A stretch of 64,000 bases of DNA from Camelus dromedarius (taxonomy: Eukaryota): NCBI RefSeq assembly GCF_036321535.1, contig NC_087446.1, positions 3,038,001 to 3,102,000 of the forward strand, read 5' to 3'. How positions within the stretch are numbered: position 1 is the stretch's first letter; every line of letters begins with the position of its first letter. The position numbers were made by a program, and so were the translations under genes. The notes under the pieces were generated by a model, which saw only the letters and a list, made by a program, of their open reading frames with translations, ran no database searches and was not told the DNA's origin. Positions 22,906 through 34,170 of this stretch are shown in pieces.

Positions 22906-24887
22906 TCAGGAAGACAAAGTAACAAGTGAAACAGATCAAAATTCAGGTTTCTTTTGAAGGTCATTTTCATAGGACATGGAAACAATTTCTAAAGGAGTCT
23001 TTTAAGATTCCTTTGTTCTCATCGCATTTCCAGGAATAGGGAAGGTATATTCCAGAACAAGTTGGAAACAGTTATAAATACCCTCCCAAGTCTGCATTGC
23101 ACAGGAAAGCATGGTAAGTGTTCTTGGATTTGTTCTCAAAGTAGCCCCTCGTTAACTGGGTCGTTGAACAAGTTTCATGTACAGAGCAATCCGTCTCTCT
23201 GTAGCTACATGCCTTTCATCTACTTCAAACCCTTTAATTATGAAGACTTGCGTTTGTAAGGCTTGTTTCTGTATGTACATTAAATTGTTAGGTATTTACT
23301 TTAAAACTATACAACTTGAAAGACATTTTGCCCGTTGGCAACACTTTCTGGTTGCTAAATGCTTCCTCCCTCCAGCACCCAACAGAGGACCAGACTCTCC
23401 CCGCCAGTGTCTTGTGTGTGGGAGACTTCGTCCGGGCACTGGTGTCTCTGTTGCATTTATGCGGAGATCCATCTTGCTGAACGTTTAGGAAATGTGTACT
23501 TTTCTGGATATATGGTACACTTCTAAGAGTTTACTTAAAAACTAAGGACTGGTTCTGGGATTTCATTAGCACTAAAAGCAAAATGCCTGCCTTTTGACCT
23601 TAATTTTTACTGGCAGAAATGGAGAAAGGGATGAACAAGATTGCATTTAACAGGGAAATGAGGTGTGTCAGGAATTAATCTTCCACGGTACCCCTCTTTG
23701 GTTGCTATTAGCAATGCTTTGCTTCAGATTCTACTCTGCATTCAATTCCTTATTTTTTGATTTGCAAATTTCCTTTCTCAGTCTTCCCTTTAAATACACA
23801 ATGTACAATACTTGTTTAGTACTGTGACTTTGAAAAAGCTTATAAGGGATTCTTTTAAGACCATATTTATACAACATTTTGTAAATTGTATAAATATGCC
23901 ACAACGTATAGGTAATTATATTCCCCGGCAAACCCACCCCTAACATTGTGGGAGCCCGGGGCAGGGTGACAAATATCTAAATGTCTAAATACTTAAAGGT
24001 TATAAAACAGGCTTACAAACCATTAAATAAAATATGTTACATAAATATGGGCATATACACTTTCATAAGGACAAAATAAAAAATTACATGTAAAGCTATG
24101 GTTTTCATATAGATGAAAATGGGCAAAATGTCGATGATAACTGAATCACTGTGTAGCTCTGGCTGTCCTGTTGATGGGCCGCTGATCCTTGGATGAGTAA
24201 AAAGCATACCGAATCCATAAATTATCGTGTGTATATTTTAAAAAAAATTTTTATTTTTATTGCTTTATTTCAGAAAAATTATGGTGTTGATAATAATAAG
24301 GATTTTCACATAAATATGTCTTATTGGCCATAGTGCCAAGTTAGACAAACTTTTCTGAATCATAACTGTTTGTAGACAGTTTTTTAATGATTTCAGTTGG
24401 GAGGAACTGCACTCTGCAGAGGGAGTAGCAAGCGGAATTGTCAACAAAATTCTTAACGCTTTAGATTTAGAATTGAACCATGAATCTTGATGTCGTGGGT
24501 AAACATTATAAGGAAGGTGCATATAAAATATCATTATTGCAAAAAATATTGTATTTTCATTTCATCATATAAATGTCATCATTATTTCACTGTTATCACC
24601 ATTCCTTACAGCACATCCAGGGCCATCCAGTATTTCTCAGGTTTTTCTCCTTTCACGTTTCCAGTGCTGAGATACCATAAGGAGAACTGAACACCGCAGT
24701 AGGTTGCTCACTTGTTCAGACCTCTCTCCCGCAGAGACCTTGCCTTGATCCACAGGGGCCAGACAACAGTCTCTGCAGAGATCAGTTTCAGGATTGTTTG
24801 TGCGTGAAAACCCTGCAGGCTCCAGCAGATGTTATTGTTTCCTAGTTCTCATTTCTCCACGTTGTATTTGAATGTCATTGCAGTGGT

Positions 24888-26200
24888 TTTTCTTTAAAAT
24901 GCACTTTATTTTCTAGAGCAGTTTTAGGCTCACATCAAAATTGATGGGGGAGTACAGAGATTTCTCATATCCCTCTGCCCCCACACATGCATGGCCTTGC
25001 CCATTATTCACATGCCCTGACTGGTAGATTGGTTATAAATGACGAACCTACGTTCACCTGTCATAATCACTCCTCGTCCATAACTTACACTAGGTTCACT
25101 CAGTGTTACACAGTCTGTGGGTTTGGATAAATGTATAATGACATGTACCCACCATTGCAGTATCTGCGGAGTTTTCACTGCCCTAAAAACCCTCTGTGCC
25201 CCACCATTTACCTCGCCCTCCACCTAACCCCTGGCCGCCACTGATCTTTTACTGACTTCATCGTTCTGTCTTTTCCAGAATGTCACAGAGCTGAAATCAT
25301 ACACTATGTAGCCTTTTCCTATTGGATTCTTTCATTTAGTTATGTGCACTTAAATTTCCTCTATGTGTTATCATGGCTTGTTAGCTCATTTCTTTTTAGT
25401 GCTGAATGATATTCCATTGTTCAGGTGGACCACAATTTATCCATTGCCCTACTGAAGGACATCTTGGTTGCTTCCAAGTTTTGGCAATTATGAATATGAG
25501 TAAAGCTGTAATAAACACCGGTGTGCAGGTTTTTGTATGGATGTCAGTTTTCAAATCCTCTCGGTAAATACCAAGGGGTGCAATTGCCAGGTCACATGGT
25601 AAAAGTATGTAAGAAAGTGCGAAACTGTCTTCCAAAGTGGCTGCACCAGTTTGCACTCCCACTAGCAATAAATGAGTTCCTGGTGTTTCACAGCCTCACC
25701 AGCATTTGGTGTTGTCAGTGTTCCAGATTTTGGCCATTCTGACAGGTGTACAGTGGTATCTCATTGTTGTTGTAACTTCCATTTCCCTGATAACATAGGA
25801 TGTGGAACATCTTTTCATATGCTTATTTGTCATCTGTGTAACTTCTATTTTTAAGTTTATTTTTTAATGTTTTAAAATATTTATTTATTTATGGGGGGAG
25901 GTAATTAAGTTTATATATTTATTTATTTTAATGGAGGTACTGGGGATTGAACCCAGGACCTCGTGCATGCTAAGCCTGCCCTCTACCACTGAGCTCTACC
26001 CTCCCCACTGTGTATCTTCTTTAGTGAGGTGTCTGTTAAGGTCTTTGGTCCCTTTATAATTGGGTTGTTTGTGTTCTCACTGTTAAGCTTTAAAAGTTCT
26101 TTGTATATTTTGGATAACAGTCCTTTATCATATCTTTTGCAAATATTTTATCCTATTCTGTGGCTTTTCATTTTCTTTATTTAGTCCTTATTTCACAGGT
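24888..26200 (-). mobile_element. L1MC-type 3' portion
   Basis: tttattttctagagcagttttaggctcaca...ttccaagttttggcaattatgaat...ttccaaagtggctgcaccagtttgcactcccac; carries a SINE at 25847-26007. Confidence 0.9.
25847..26007 (-). mobile_element. tRNA-Ala-derived camelid SINE (vic-1-like)
   Basis: A/B boxes, aacttaattacctcccc tail module; TSD ctgtgta(a/t)cttct 25834-25846 / 26008-26020. Confidence 0.92.
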
Positions 26201-27062
26201 AGTTTCTTTTGGGAAACCAATTTTGTCCTAAAGCTTTAGAGATATTTTTAATTCTTTTGGATTTTTGGAAAGCTTTTTCTTATTTTAATAACTGTGGACA
26301 GCTCAAATCAAAATTAACTTTATTTTCTGCCGAAGACCACGATTTACTCTTTGAATATATATTTCACTTACCTCTTCTAGTGCATCTAGTAACTTGTCTA
26401 AATTGTCTAATGGCTTTGACAACATTCATGGGATTACCAGTCATGTGTTTGAGAGTGGCTATAGGTCAGATTTGAAATGCTTCATCAAGATGGCCCATCT
26501 TTGGACAGATCCAAAAAAACCCCCCAAAACCCCATTATATCATCTTTGAATTGATTCAAAGAATGTCATTGCTGTAAGCATAGTTGAGGTCATATGTTCT
26601 ACTAGCAAAATCAAAGTGCTTGCTAACTCCTGAGGCTCAGGGCAGGAATGCCTCTTGCTCAAGTCCAGGAGTCGTTCTTGTTCCCAGCATTACTGAGATA
26701 CTTCCTATAACCCTTCTTTTTCAATTCCGCAAAGAGAAAAGTTCCAGGGCTACTGGCTTTAGAATCATCCCCTAACCCCTAGGATGGTGCCCCGCATACA
26801 TGTGAGTAGAGGGGCCGGGGGTAGGGTGGGACAGCCATTACAGGTCTAGGGAAGAGATTACCTGAGGCTCAGAGCAGGGGGAGCTTAGGAGGGTCCAGGG
26901 GAAACTTTAGAAGCTGGCATGGTTGGTGCTTCAAGATGAGGATCTGGAGGTTGAAGGATGGTGGGCCCAGATGACCATGGGCATCGCCAGCCACTTTAAG
27001 GCTTTGCAGGAACATGGGGACAAGTCCTGGATGCAGTTTTTAAAGGTCACAGGAAGCAACAG

Positions 27063-27672
27063 TGAGGGAGGCAAGGAGCCAGAGAATAGAAACCAGGACC
27101 TGCTGTCTAGAGACTTCTTTAAAGGTTTAATACTAACCTGTTTAAAATTAACCTATACTTGGCCTTAGGAAATACCTTTGCTTGAATAATGGAAAAAGCC
27201 ACCCTGAAGGAACAGAAAGCCCTGACTAGATCTAATCTATATGACCACATTGTTTAAGGGTCTTGCTTGATCTAGCTAGACCACACTGTGTTAGCTTAAC
27301 TACATTGTTTTGAGGATCCCCAGTTACCTGATCTTGTTATTTGCAGAGTGTCTGTTCCACAGAGCAGAACAAACTGGAAAACAAGCAGGAAAAGAGCAGC
27401 CAATGGAAGGAGATAAGCCACAAAAAAGATGGATAAAAGGACCCAGCCGAGACCCCAAAATTGGAGGTTCTTGGTCAAGCCACCTGGGCTTATAGCTCCC
27501 TGACTCTTGTTTATTTTATTTTTTTTATTTTTTTTTGAGCAATAAAGCAGCCTTTCACTTTGTCCCTCTGCCTCTTCTGAGAATTCCTTCTCAGCCAGCA
27601 GACAAGAGCCCACACTTTTGGTGGACTCCATAATTTAAGGGGGCCGGGGGGTTGCCTCTCTATCCACTAGCA
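27063..27672 (+). mobile_element. ERV1-type solo LTR (copy B, same family as 11068-11703)
   Basis: TG...CA ends; TSD acag/aaag (1 mismatch); collinear similarity to copy A, e.g. aaagccaccctgaagga, ggaaaagagcagccaatggaa, gacaaga(a/g)cccac. Confidence 0.88.
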
Positions 27673-27699
27673 AAAGGGCTGTTTTGAACCAATTTTGTC

Positions 27700-28520
27700 T
27701 GCTGCCTTACGGGGACACCGTCGCCACTGCCTGCGCCCTGGCCCCAGGCCCCCGGGCTCCCGTCCTAAGGGGGAACACGGAGCACGAGAACCAAGACCAC
27801 CGCATTGGGGTCGCAGGCGCGCGGTGGGCTAAACCACGTGGGGCTGAGGAAGGATGGGCTAGTTCTCTGCGCCGTGTACCGGCGGCATCAATTTTCAGAA
27901 GCCCGGTGGAAAGCCCCGAAAAGAGGCTGAGAGCCTCCGAGCCGCCAGCACAGCAAGTCCAGTCCGCGTGAACTAGCCGGGACTCGCGAAGGCCCTGCCG
28001 GGCGTCGCCAACCCGAAAGCTGGGGCCACCAAGACTCTCTGCGGCGGAAGGCGAGGCGGAAGCCCTCCGCGACGCCCCGCCCGGCTCCGCGCCGCGCACG
28101 CGCCGAGAGCGGACGGAGGGGCGCGGAGAGAGGCCGGGGGCCGGGGCGGCGGACGGGGCGTGGCCGCGCACGCGCTTTGGGCCGGGCGACGGCGGCAGAG
28201 GTGAGTGGCGCGGCCTGGCGGCTTGGCGGGGACGTGCGCGGCCTGGCCCGGGTCCCCTCCCGGAGCCTCCCGCTCGCCCGGCCCGGCCTGCGGGCTTCCG
28301 GGCAGCTGCCCGCGGCGTCGGGGCGGGAAGGAGGACGCGGAGGGGGGCGGCGGGGCCGAGTCGGGCTCATCCCGGCCCTCCCTGCCGCGGCGCGCTGCGC
28401 GAACGGGGAGGGAGGCCCAGCGGAGGCGCTGGGAGTAAAGAGCGCTGCAGAGACGCGAGCCTTCCGAGGGCAGGGCGGCCGATCTGACACACCAGGGGGA
28501 GGAACCGATGCACCTGAGGC
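27700..28520. promoter_or_regulatory. CDPF1 CpG-island promoter
   Basis: Dense CpG and GC boxes surrounding the non-coding first exon. Boundaries approximate. Confidence 0.88.
28100..28200 (+). other. CDPF1: CDPF1 non-coding exon 1 (5' end uncertain)
   Basis: Strong donor GAG|gtgagt at 28201 within the CpG island; the next exon begins directly with the ATG. Confidence 0.7.
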
Positions 28521-28770
28521 CAGGCCGGTGGAAGTTACCCGGACTGACACAGAGAGAGAGGAAAGAGTGAAAAAACAAAGCCAGAACGGGGGTCCAAGAA
28601 TCGCGGACAGTACCCAAGTTTAACGGGTCTGCAGTTGGAATCTCCGCGGGAAAAGAGAGACCAAGAATGGGGCAGAAGAAATATTCCAAGTGAATTGTCC
28701 AAAATAGTAAAAAAAAAATGGCACACCACAGATCAAACTGCTTAAAGCCGCACAACCAGGATAAATAGGT
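28480..28770 (+). mobile_element. Old L1M ORF1 relic
   Basis: gagagagaggaaagagtgaaaaaa...gaatggggcagaagaaatattccaag...caaccaggataaata resembles L1 ORF1 consensus. Confidence 0.6.
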
Positions 28771-29119
28771 TAAGGCGAGGGGGAGGGAGAAGATACACAT
28801 TCGAACAGCTGAAAGCCAAACTGAGGAACAGAAAATGTGCGAGGCAGCCAGAGGGAAGCCCCGTAGGTGGAGATGTCTGTCGGGGAAGGCCCTCCGAGTG
28901 GAAGAAACATTGGGAGCAAAGGCCAGGCGGCGGGAAAGTGCAGGGAACCTGGAACGTCTGAAGGGTAGTAATGACCCACTTAACTGCAGCCTGCTTGGAT
29001 GGAGGGGGGTAGATGGCGGAGCGATTGGGAGAAGATAATTCCCAGATTAAAGAGGCCTCCAGTGCCCAGGAAGGAAGTCTATTCTGTAGTCAGGTGGGAA
29101 GCCCCTTAGCTTTGAAGCA

Positions 29120-30525
29120 CCGCTTTGTAAAATCCTGCTGAATTTTGTTGCCCTTTTCGTGCGTCTGTTGACATGATGGTGTGGGCTTCCTTCCTTCATT
29201 CTCTGGCCATCGTGAATTGCATTCACTGGTTTTAAGCCAACATTGCACTCCTGGGTTGAATCCAGTCCATCGTGATGCTCTAGGCTTCTTTTGTCTCATT
29301 GAATGCAGTTTGCTAATATTTTGCTAAAGACTTTTGTTTGTGAGGAATATTGGTCTGTATGTTCCCTCTGATTAGTGGTATCGGGGTAATTCTGGCAGTT
29401 TTGGTGTCCATGTAATGCTGGCCTCAAAACCTCTTGGAAAGTGTTCCTTTATGTTCTGAAACAGTTTCTATAGGTTGATATTAATTCTTCCTTAAATGCC
29501 TGACAGTTTGCTGGTAAAAATATCTGGGCATGAAATTTGGCTGGTGTTCTGTTTTATTTTAAAGGAAAATTTAAAATTATGAATTCAACTTTCTTAATAG
29601 ACATAGGGCTATTCAGGTTGTCTATTTCTTTTCCAGTCACTTTTGAGTATTGATGTTTTTTTTTGAGAAATGTGTCCATTTCATTTGAATTGTCAAATTT
29701 ATTTGGTAGAAAGTTCACAACATTCCCTTATTATCCTTTTAATGTCTGCAGTCTTAGTGATGTCCCCTATTTCATTCCTCACTGTGGTCGTTTATGTCTT
29801 CTTCCCGTTTTTCTTAATCAGGCTAATTAGAGGTTATCAACTTTGCGGAAGTTTTGAAATAACCAGCTTTGGTTTTATTGATTTTTTCCCCCTATTCTTT
29901 GTCCATTTTCTGTTTCTTTGATTTCTGTTCTTTATTTTTTTCTTTCTGTTTATGTTAAGCTTAATTTGCCTTTTTCTAGCTTCTTATAGTAGAAACTTAG
30001 ATGGTTTATTTTAAAACTTCTCCAATTTAAATATTTAAAGCAGTGAATTCCCTGTAAACACCACTTAGGCTACATTTTCTGTATGTTAATACTTTGTATT
30101 TTAGTTTTCATTTAGTTCAGAATATTTTCTAATTTCTCTTGTGATTTCTTCTTTTAATTATGGTTTATTTAGAAGTATATCATTTAATTTCCAAATGTTT
30201 GGGGATTTTCCAGGTATCTTTTTGTTACTGATTTTAATTTAATTATTTTGGGGTTGGAGAATGTACTTTAGGATTTCAGGCTTTTAAAGTTTGAGGCTCA
30301 TTTTTTAAAAATTAAAAAAAGTTTGTTTTTTGGGGGAGATAATTAGGTTTATTTATTTTTTACCTATTTATTTTTTTAACGGAGGTACCGGGGATTGAAC
30401 CCAAGACCATGTGCGTGCTAAGCACACACTCTCCCTCTGAGCTATACCTAGCCCCCACGTTTGAGGTTCATTTTATGGCCCAGCATATAGTCTGTCTTAG
30501 TGAATATCTCACGTGCACTTGAAAA
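29120..30525 (-). mobile_element. Old L1M ORF2 fragment
   Basis: ttgcactcctgggttgaatcc...tttgctaatattttgctaaagac...ttttctaatttctcttgtgatttcttctt. Confidence 0.8.
30305..30458 (-). mobile_element. vic-1-like SINE
   Basis: Same structure; 16-bp TSD gtttgagg(c/t)tcatttt 30289-30304 / 30459-30474. Confidence 0.92.
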
Positions 30526-30682
30526 TGACATGTGACCTTGAGCAGGCCTCGTACTCACTCTGAACTTGAGGTTCCTTGTCTGTAAGGTGTCCTTACCTAT
30601 GGGTAAGAAGCATGCAGCGGGGCTTTGAGATGTGGGTCGTTGTTGGTTCTGAAGGTGACATCCTTGTCTCTGGATCTTGCAG

Positions 30683-30795
30683 ATGGCATTGGAGGCAGAG
30701 TGCCGACCCCTGGGTGTGTTTGAGTGCCAGCTGTGCTCCTTAACAGCTCCATACAGCTACGTGGGGCAGCAGCCCCCTGACACCCGGTCTGTCGT
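30683..30795 (+). CDS. CDPF1: CDPF1 coding exon 1 (MALEAECRPLGVFECQLCSLTAPYSYVGQQPPDTRSV)
   Basis: ttgcag|ATG; 113 nt; |gtgagt donor; matches the CDPF1 N-terminus. Confidence 0.93.
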
Positions 30796-31794
30796 GTGAG
30801 TAATGGGGTCCCAGTGGCCCGGGGAGCCTGCCCAGTGCTGGCTGGCTTGAGTCTGACACAGGGCTTGGGAACTGTGCTTCGGTCCCACCCCACCAGGCTC
30901 TGGATGCTTCAGGTGTGACCTGGGAAGGCACAGGACAAGGTTTGAGGGCCATCCAGCTCTCCCAGAACCTCCCAGTCCCTACCTCCCTGCTCAGCCCAGT
31001 GTCCGACCCCTGCTCTGGCTGTGAGGTGGAAGCACTGTGGCTCAGGCTGAAGCAGCTCAGCAGCTGGGGACACAGGAAGCCGTGGAGGCCCCTCACGGGG
31101 GGCCCCAGGCCTAGTTGCCTTTCCTGCTGGTTCCCGTGAAGTTGCCTTCTCGGCAGGGAGCCGTCTGCCTTGCGGCTCCTGTACTAATGGGAGTGAGTCC
31201 TGAGGACCAACTTCCCATGCGTCTCCCCAGAGGAGGCCTGGAGTAGAGCCAGTGGGTCCCGGGGCTTGATTCCTGACCTGCATCTCAGGGAACTGACCAG
31301 CACATCACTCACGTGGGACAAGTAGTTGGGCCAGGCTTCTTTCCTCTGGCTGGGGTTCCTCTGCGGGTGAGGGGCCTGTTGGTCTCCTTTCTGATGTGCG
31401 CTAAGGCCAGCACCGTACCCAGTGTAAGGTGCCCTGTTCTCCCCGTGTGGAAGCAGACAGTTTGCGAGTGGGCGTCATCCTGGGGGTGAGGGGAGGGCAT
31501 GGAGAGCTTGGGTGGAGGCCCCTGGTGAGTCAGGCTGGGGGCAGGGGACTGAGTTGCAGCAGCCTTTCTTCTGGCCAAGGAGGAGTGGTTCTCTACCTGC
31601 AGTTGTCACAGAGCCTGGGGCAGGTCTCATTTCAGTCCCTGCCTGGCCCTCTGGCTTGCCTCTCTGTTGCTACTTGGTGGTACAGCGGGGTCAGCCCGTT
31701 CCGTCGATGGGCTGGCACAGCATGCAGGCCCCGGGGAGGTCCACCAGCAGCCGTTTGGGCTGTTCTGACCCTGGCACCACTCCCTGCCCTGCAG

Positions 31795-31906
31795 CCTCCT
31801 GGAGGAGAGCTACGTCATGAGGGACCCCTTCACCGCGGACAAGGGCAGATTCCTGATCCTCGGCTCCAGATGCAGTTTGTGTGGCAGGCTGGTGTGCGTG
31901 GGCCCG
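31795..31906 (+). CDS. CDPF1: CDPF1 coding exon 2 (LLEESYVMRDPFTADKGRFLILGSRCSLCGRLVCVGP)
   Basis: 112 nt; ctgcag| acceptor; DPF motif; |gtgggt donor keeps frame with the last exon. Confidence 0.95.
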
Positions 31907-32389
31907 GTGGGTAAGCCAGGAGCAGCTGGGACCGCCTTCCCGCCCTCCCTGTGGCCGGGACCTCACATGCGTGATCGTGGGAGAGGTGACAGGGAAGCCT
32001 TTCCCGGGGACAGAGGAGTGCCGGCCTTTCCTGGTCTTGGTAATCCCGGGAGCCGTCACCGTCACTTGGCAGGGGAGTTGGGGGTCTCTCAGGGGCCGGC
32101 TGGTCTGTCTCATTGTGGATAGGCCGCTGCGGCCAGCGGAGGGGTAGGGCCAGGCGAGCGGGGCAGCTGGAGGGTCTCAGCCGGGGTTGAGGAGTAAGAG
32201 ATTGTTGGAGGCTCTGCACCAGCCCCTGAGGCCCCTAATAGTTCTTTCCCCTCCCACCAACTGTCCAGATGGCTGTGTGCACCTGCCCTCAATGGATTGT
32301 TCTTGGGGGACCTTCCAGAGGAATGAGTCATGCTTTCTTGAGCATTTGTTGTGTGCCAGGTCCTGTGTTTGGGACCTGTTCACCAGTGA

Positions 32390-32530
32390 GGCGTCCTTCA
32401 GTCCCATCCCACGCCTAGTTAGGCAGAGCAGTATTACACCCATTTTACAGGTGAAGAAACTGATACTTGGAGAGGCTGAGTTGGCCCTGTGTACTGGGAG
32501 AGCTGAGCCTCTTGTTTGAAAACCCAAGGA
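32390..32530 (-). mobile_element. MIR fragment
   Basis: cccattttacaggtgaagaaactga MIR core, reverse orientation. Confidence 0.7.
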
Positions 32531-34023
32531 TGGATGGAGGTGCAGGCATGTGGCCCCTGTGACCCGAGGGATCCCACAGTCTGAGAGGTCCCTGAGCTCT
32601 GCCTGGGGGTCAAGTGCAAACGGCTGTGTCCCAGAGCATGTTTAAACGGTCAGCCTCCATCCATCAGAGGTCAAGGTGGTGCAGTTTGGTGAGGTGGGAG
32701 GAAGCCTCAGCTCAGGCAAAGGCCTGGAGGAAGAACTATTTTGGGGCCATGTGAGGGGATGGGGCTACTGGCATGGCCAAGGCCCGACTCGGAAGAGAAG
32801 CAGCTGGGAAGTTAAGACTGGGAACAGGGGGGTGGTGTGGGGGGTGGGGGAGATCCTGGAACACCACCCCTGGGAATTTGGGCTGCACTTGGTGAGCAGA
32901 GGGGAAAGGGCCCCTCACGGTACCAGGAATCTCCACAGTCTGAGTAACTGGCCAGCTGTTAGCCAGTGAGTGCCCACGGGAGCCATCTCCTCCCCAAGCT
33001 GCAGGGCGGGCAGCCTTGTCCTGGTTGAGGTGCACCCACACCACTGGAGCAGAGGGGCCCCCAGACACTGGGTAGACTAGACTGTCTCCTGCACTTTTCT
33101 TCTATAGGAGACGCCATCACAGTGGTGCTGGCTAGCAGGGCACAGCAGCCACCTCCACACAGTGTCTGTGGTCCACAGAGGCAGCTGCCACTCCCACCAT
33201 GGTATCTGCATCCCCATCGGTGGGAAGGGACAGGAGAGCACCCATCAATTTCCTTCAAAGGGCATAGTCTGGAGGGGGCACACAGCTGCCGATGACAGCC
33301 GCTGCGCAGACTTGGCCACGTGGCCATGCCCAGTTGCAGAGGGGCCAGTGGCACCCTGTGCGGGATGAAAATCAGTTTAGTGTCAGGAGTGCCAGGGTCG
33401 ATTAGAGGCATGTTTGGGCAATTCTGGCCTCCTGTCTGGACCAGCCAGTCAACTGGCACAGGCCTTTTGGTTTGTGAGGCTGTCCCTCCTGTACCCTGCT
33501 GCCCCCAGCAGCGTGGTCACCAAGCTCCTGTTCCACTGCCGTGGTGACTGGGAGAGGGAGGGGTCTAGGATTTCCAACCATTTAAGTGTGGCCCGGGCTA
33601 CAGCTTCTCACCCTCACCCCGAGATGGAGCCGGCAGTCCCGGAGTCCTTCCCGCCCTGGTTAAGCCAGGCCTGCGCTGCATCTCTCCTGCGTGCATTCGC
33701 CACCAGTCTCGCTGAATGAGTCCCACCTGTCAAGAACCCTTAGATACCCGCTGCCTGCAGGTTCTGACCCCGCCTCCCGCAGACCTCCGTCATATTCTCT
33801 TGGGTGGAGACCCTACTCCAGGTGGTGGCCAGACCCCTGGGCCCAGCTCTCCTTCCTGCTGCTCTGGCCCTGGCTGCACTGTCCCCACCTCCCCTCAGCT
33901 GCCCGTGTGTCCTAGGGGCCTGGCCCAGTGCCCCTGCCCTGCCTGTGTGGAAGGTCTGGCCCCTGCGAGATGCCTCAGTGCTCTGCAAGGTACTCAGCCT
34001 CCCCCCTCCCCCTCTTCTTTCAG

Positions 34024-34170
34024 GAGTGCAGTTTATTCTACTCCAAGAGATTTTGCCTCCCCTGTGTCCAGGAGAACATGGATGCTTTCCCTCAGGAAAT
34101 CCAGCAAGACTTGGAGAAAAGGAAAGTTCCATCAAAGAGGCCTGCCAGCCAGCTGGGGTCTCGGACATGA
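34024..34170 (+). CDS. CDPF1: CDPF1 coding exon 3 (ECSLFYSKRFCLPC...LGSRT*)
   Basis: cttctttcag| acceptor; 147 nt; total CDS 372 nt = 123 aa. Confidence 0.95.
   Translation, partial: ECSLFYSKRFCLPCVQENMDAFPQEIQQDLEKRKVPSKRPASQLGSRT

Larger units (their letters stand above)
23929..26760 (-). mobile_element. Fossil autonomous hAT-Tip100 DNA transposon (Zaphod/MER115-like), interrupted by L1MC
   Basis: Degraded transposase motifs in collinear order on minus: AMTFFESIQR..FFGSVQRWAILMKHF, PLSNT..NVVKAIR/LDKLLDALEEVSE, HLYDEMK and dimerisation domain LRILLTIPLATPSAECSSSQLKSLKNCLQTVMIQKSLSNLAL; terminal-repeat-like end at 23929. Confidence 0.8.

Noticed and set aside
22920-23480. Minus-strand frame with sparse stops (58, 46, 50 aa pieces)
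   Set aside because: No recognisable homology and no convincing splice-site pairs.
24370-24490. Helical-looking plus-strand peptide NDFSWEELHSAEGVASGIVNKILNALDLEL after a strong acceptor
   Set aside because: It is the antisense of the hAT dimerisation-domain relic and is bounded by stops.
11068-27672. Intronless PKDREJ between two same-family LTRs, as if captured by a retrovirus
   Set aside because: Each LTR has its own TSD, they are clearly diverged with large indels, there is no gag/pol/PBS, and PKDREJ occupies this position in other mammals.
34021-34026. NAGNAG acceptor (CAG GAG) at the last CDPF1 exon; also GAG 5 nt upstream of the last PPARA acceptor
   Set aside because: GAG is the weakest acceptor trinucleotide; nothing else supports use.
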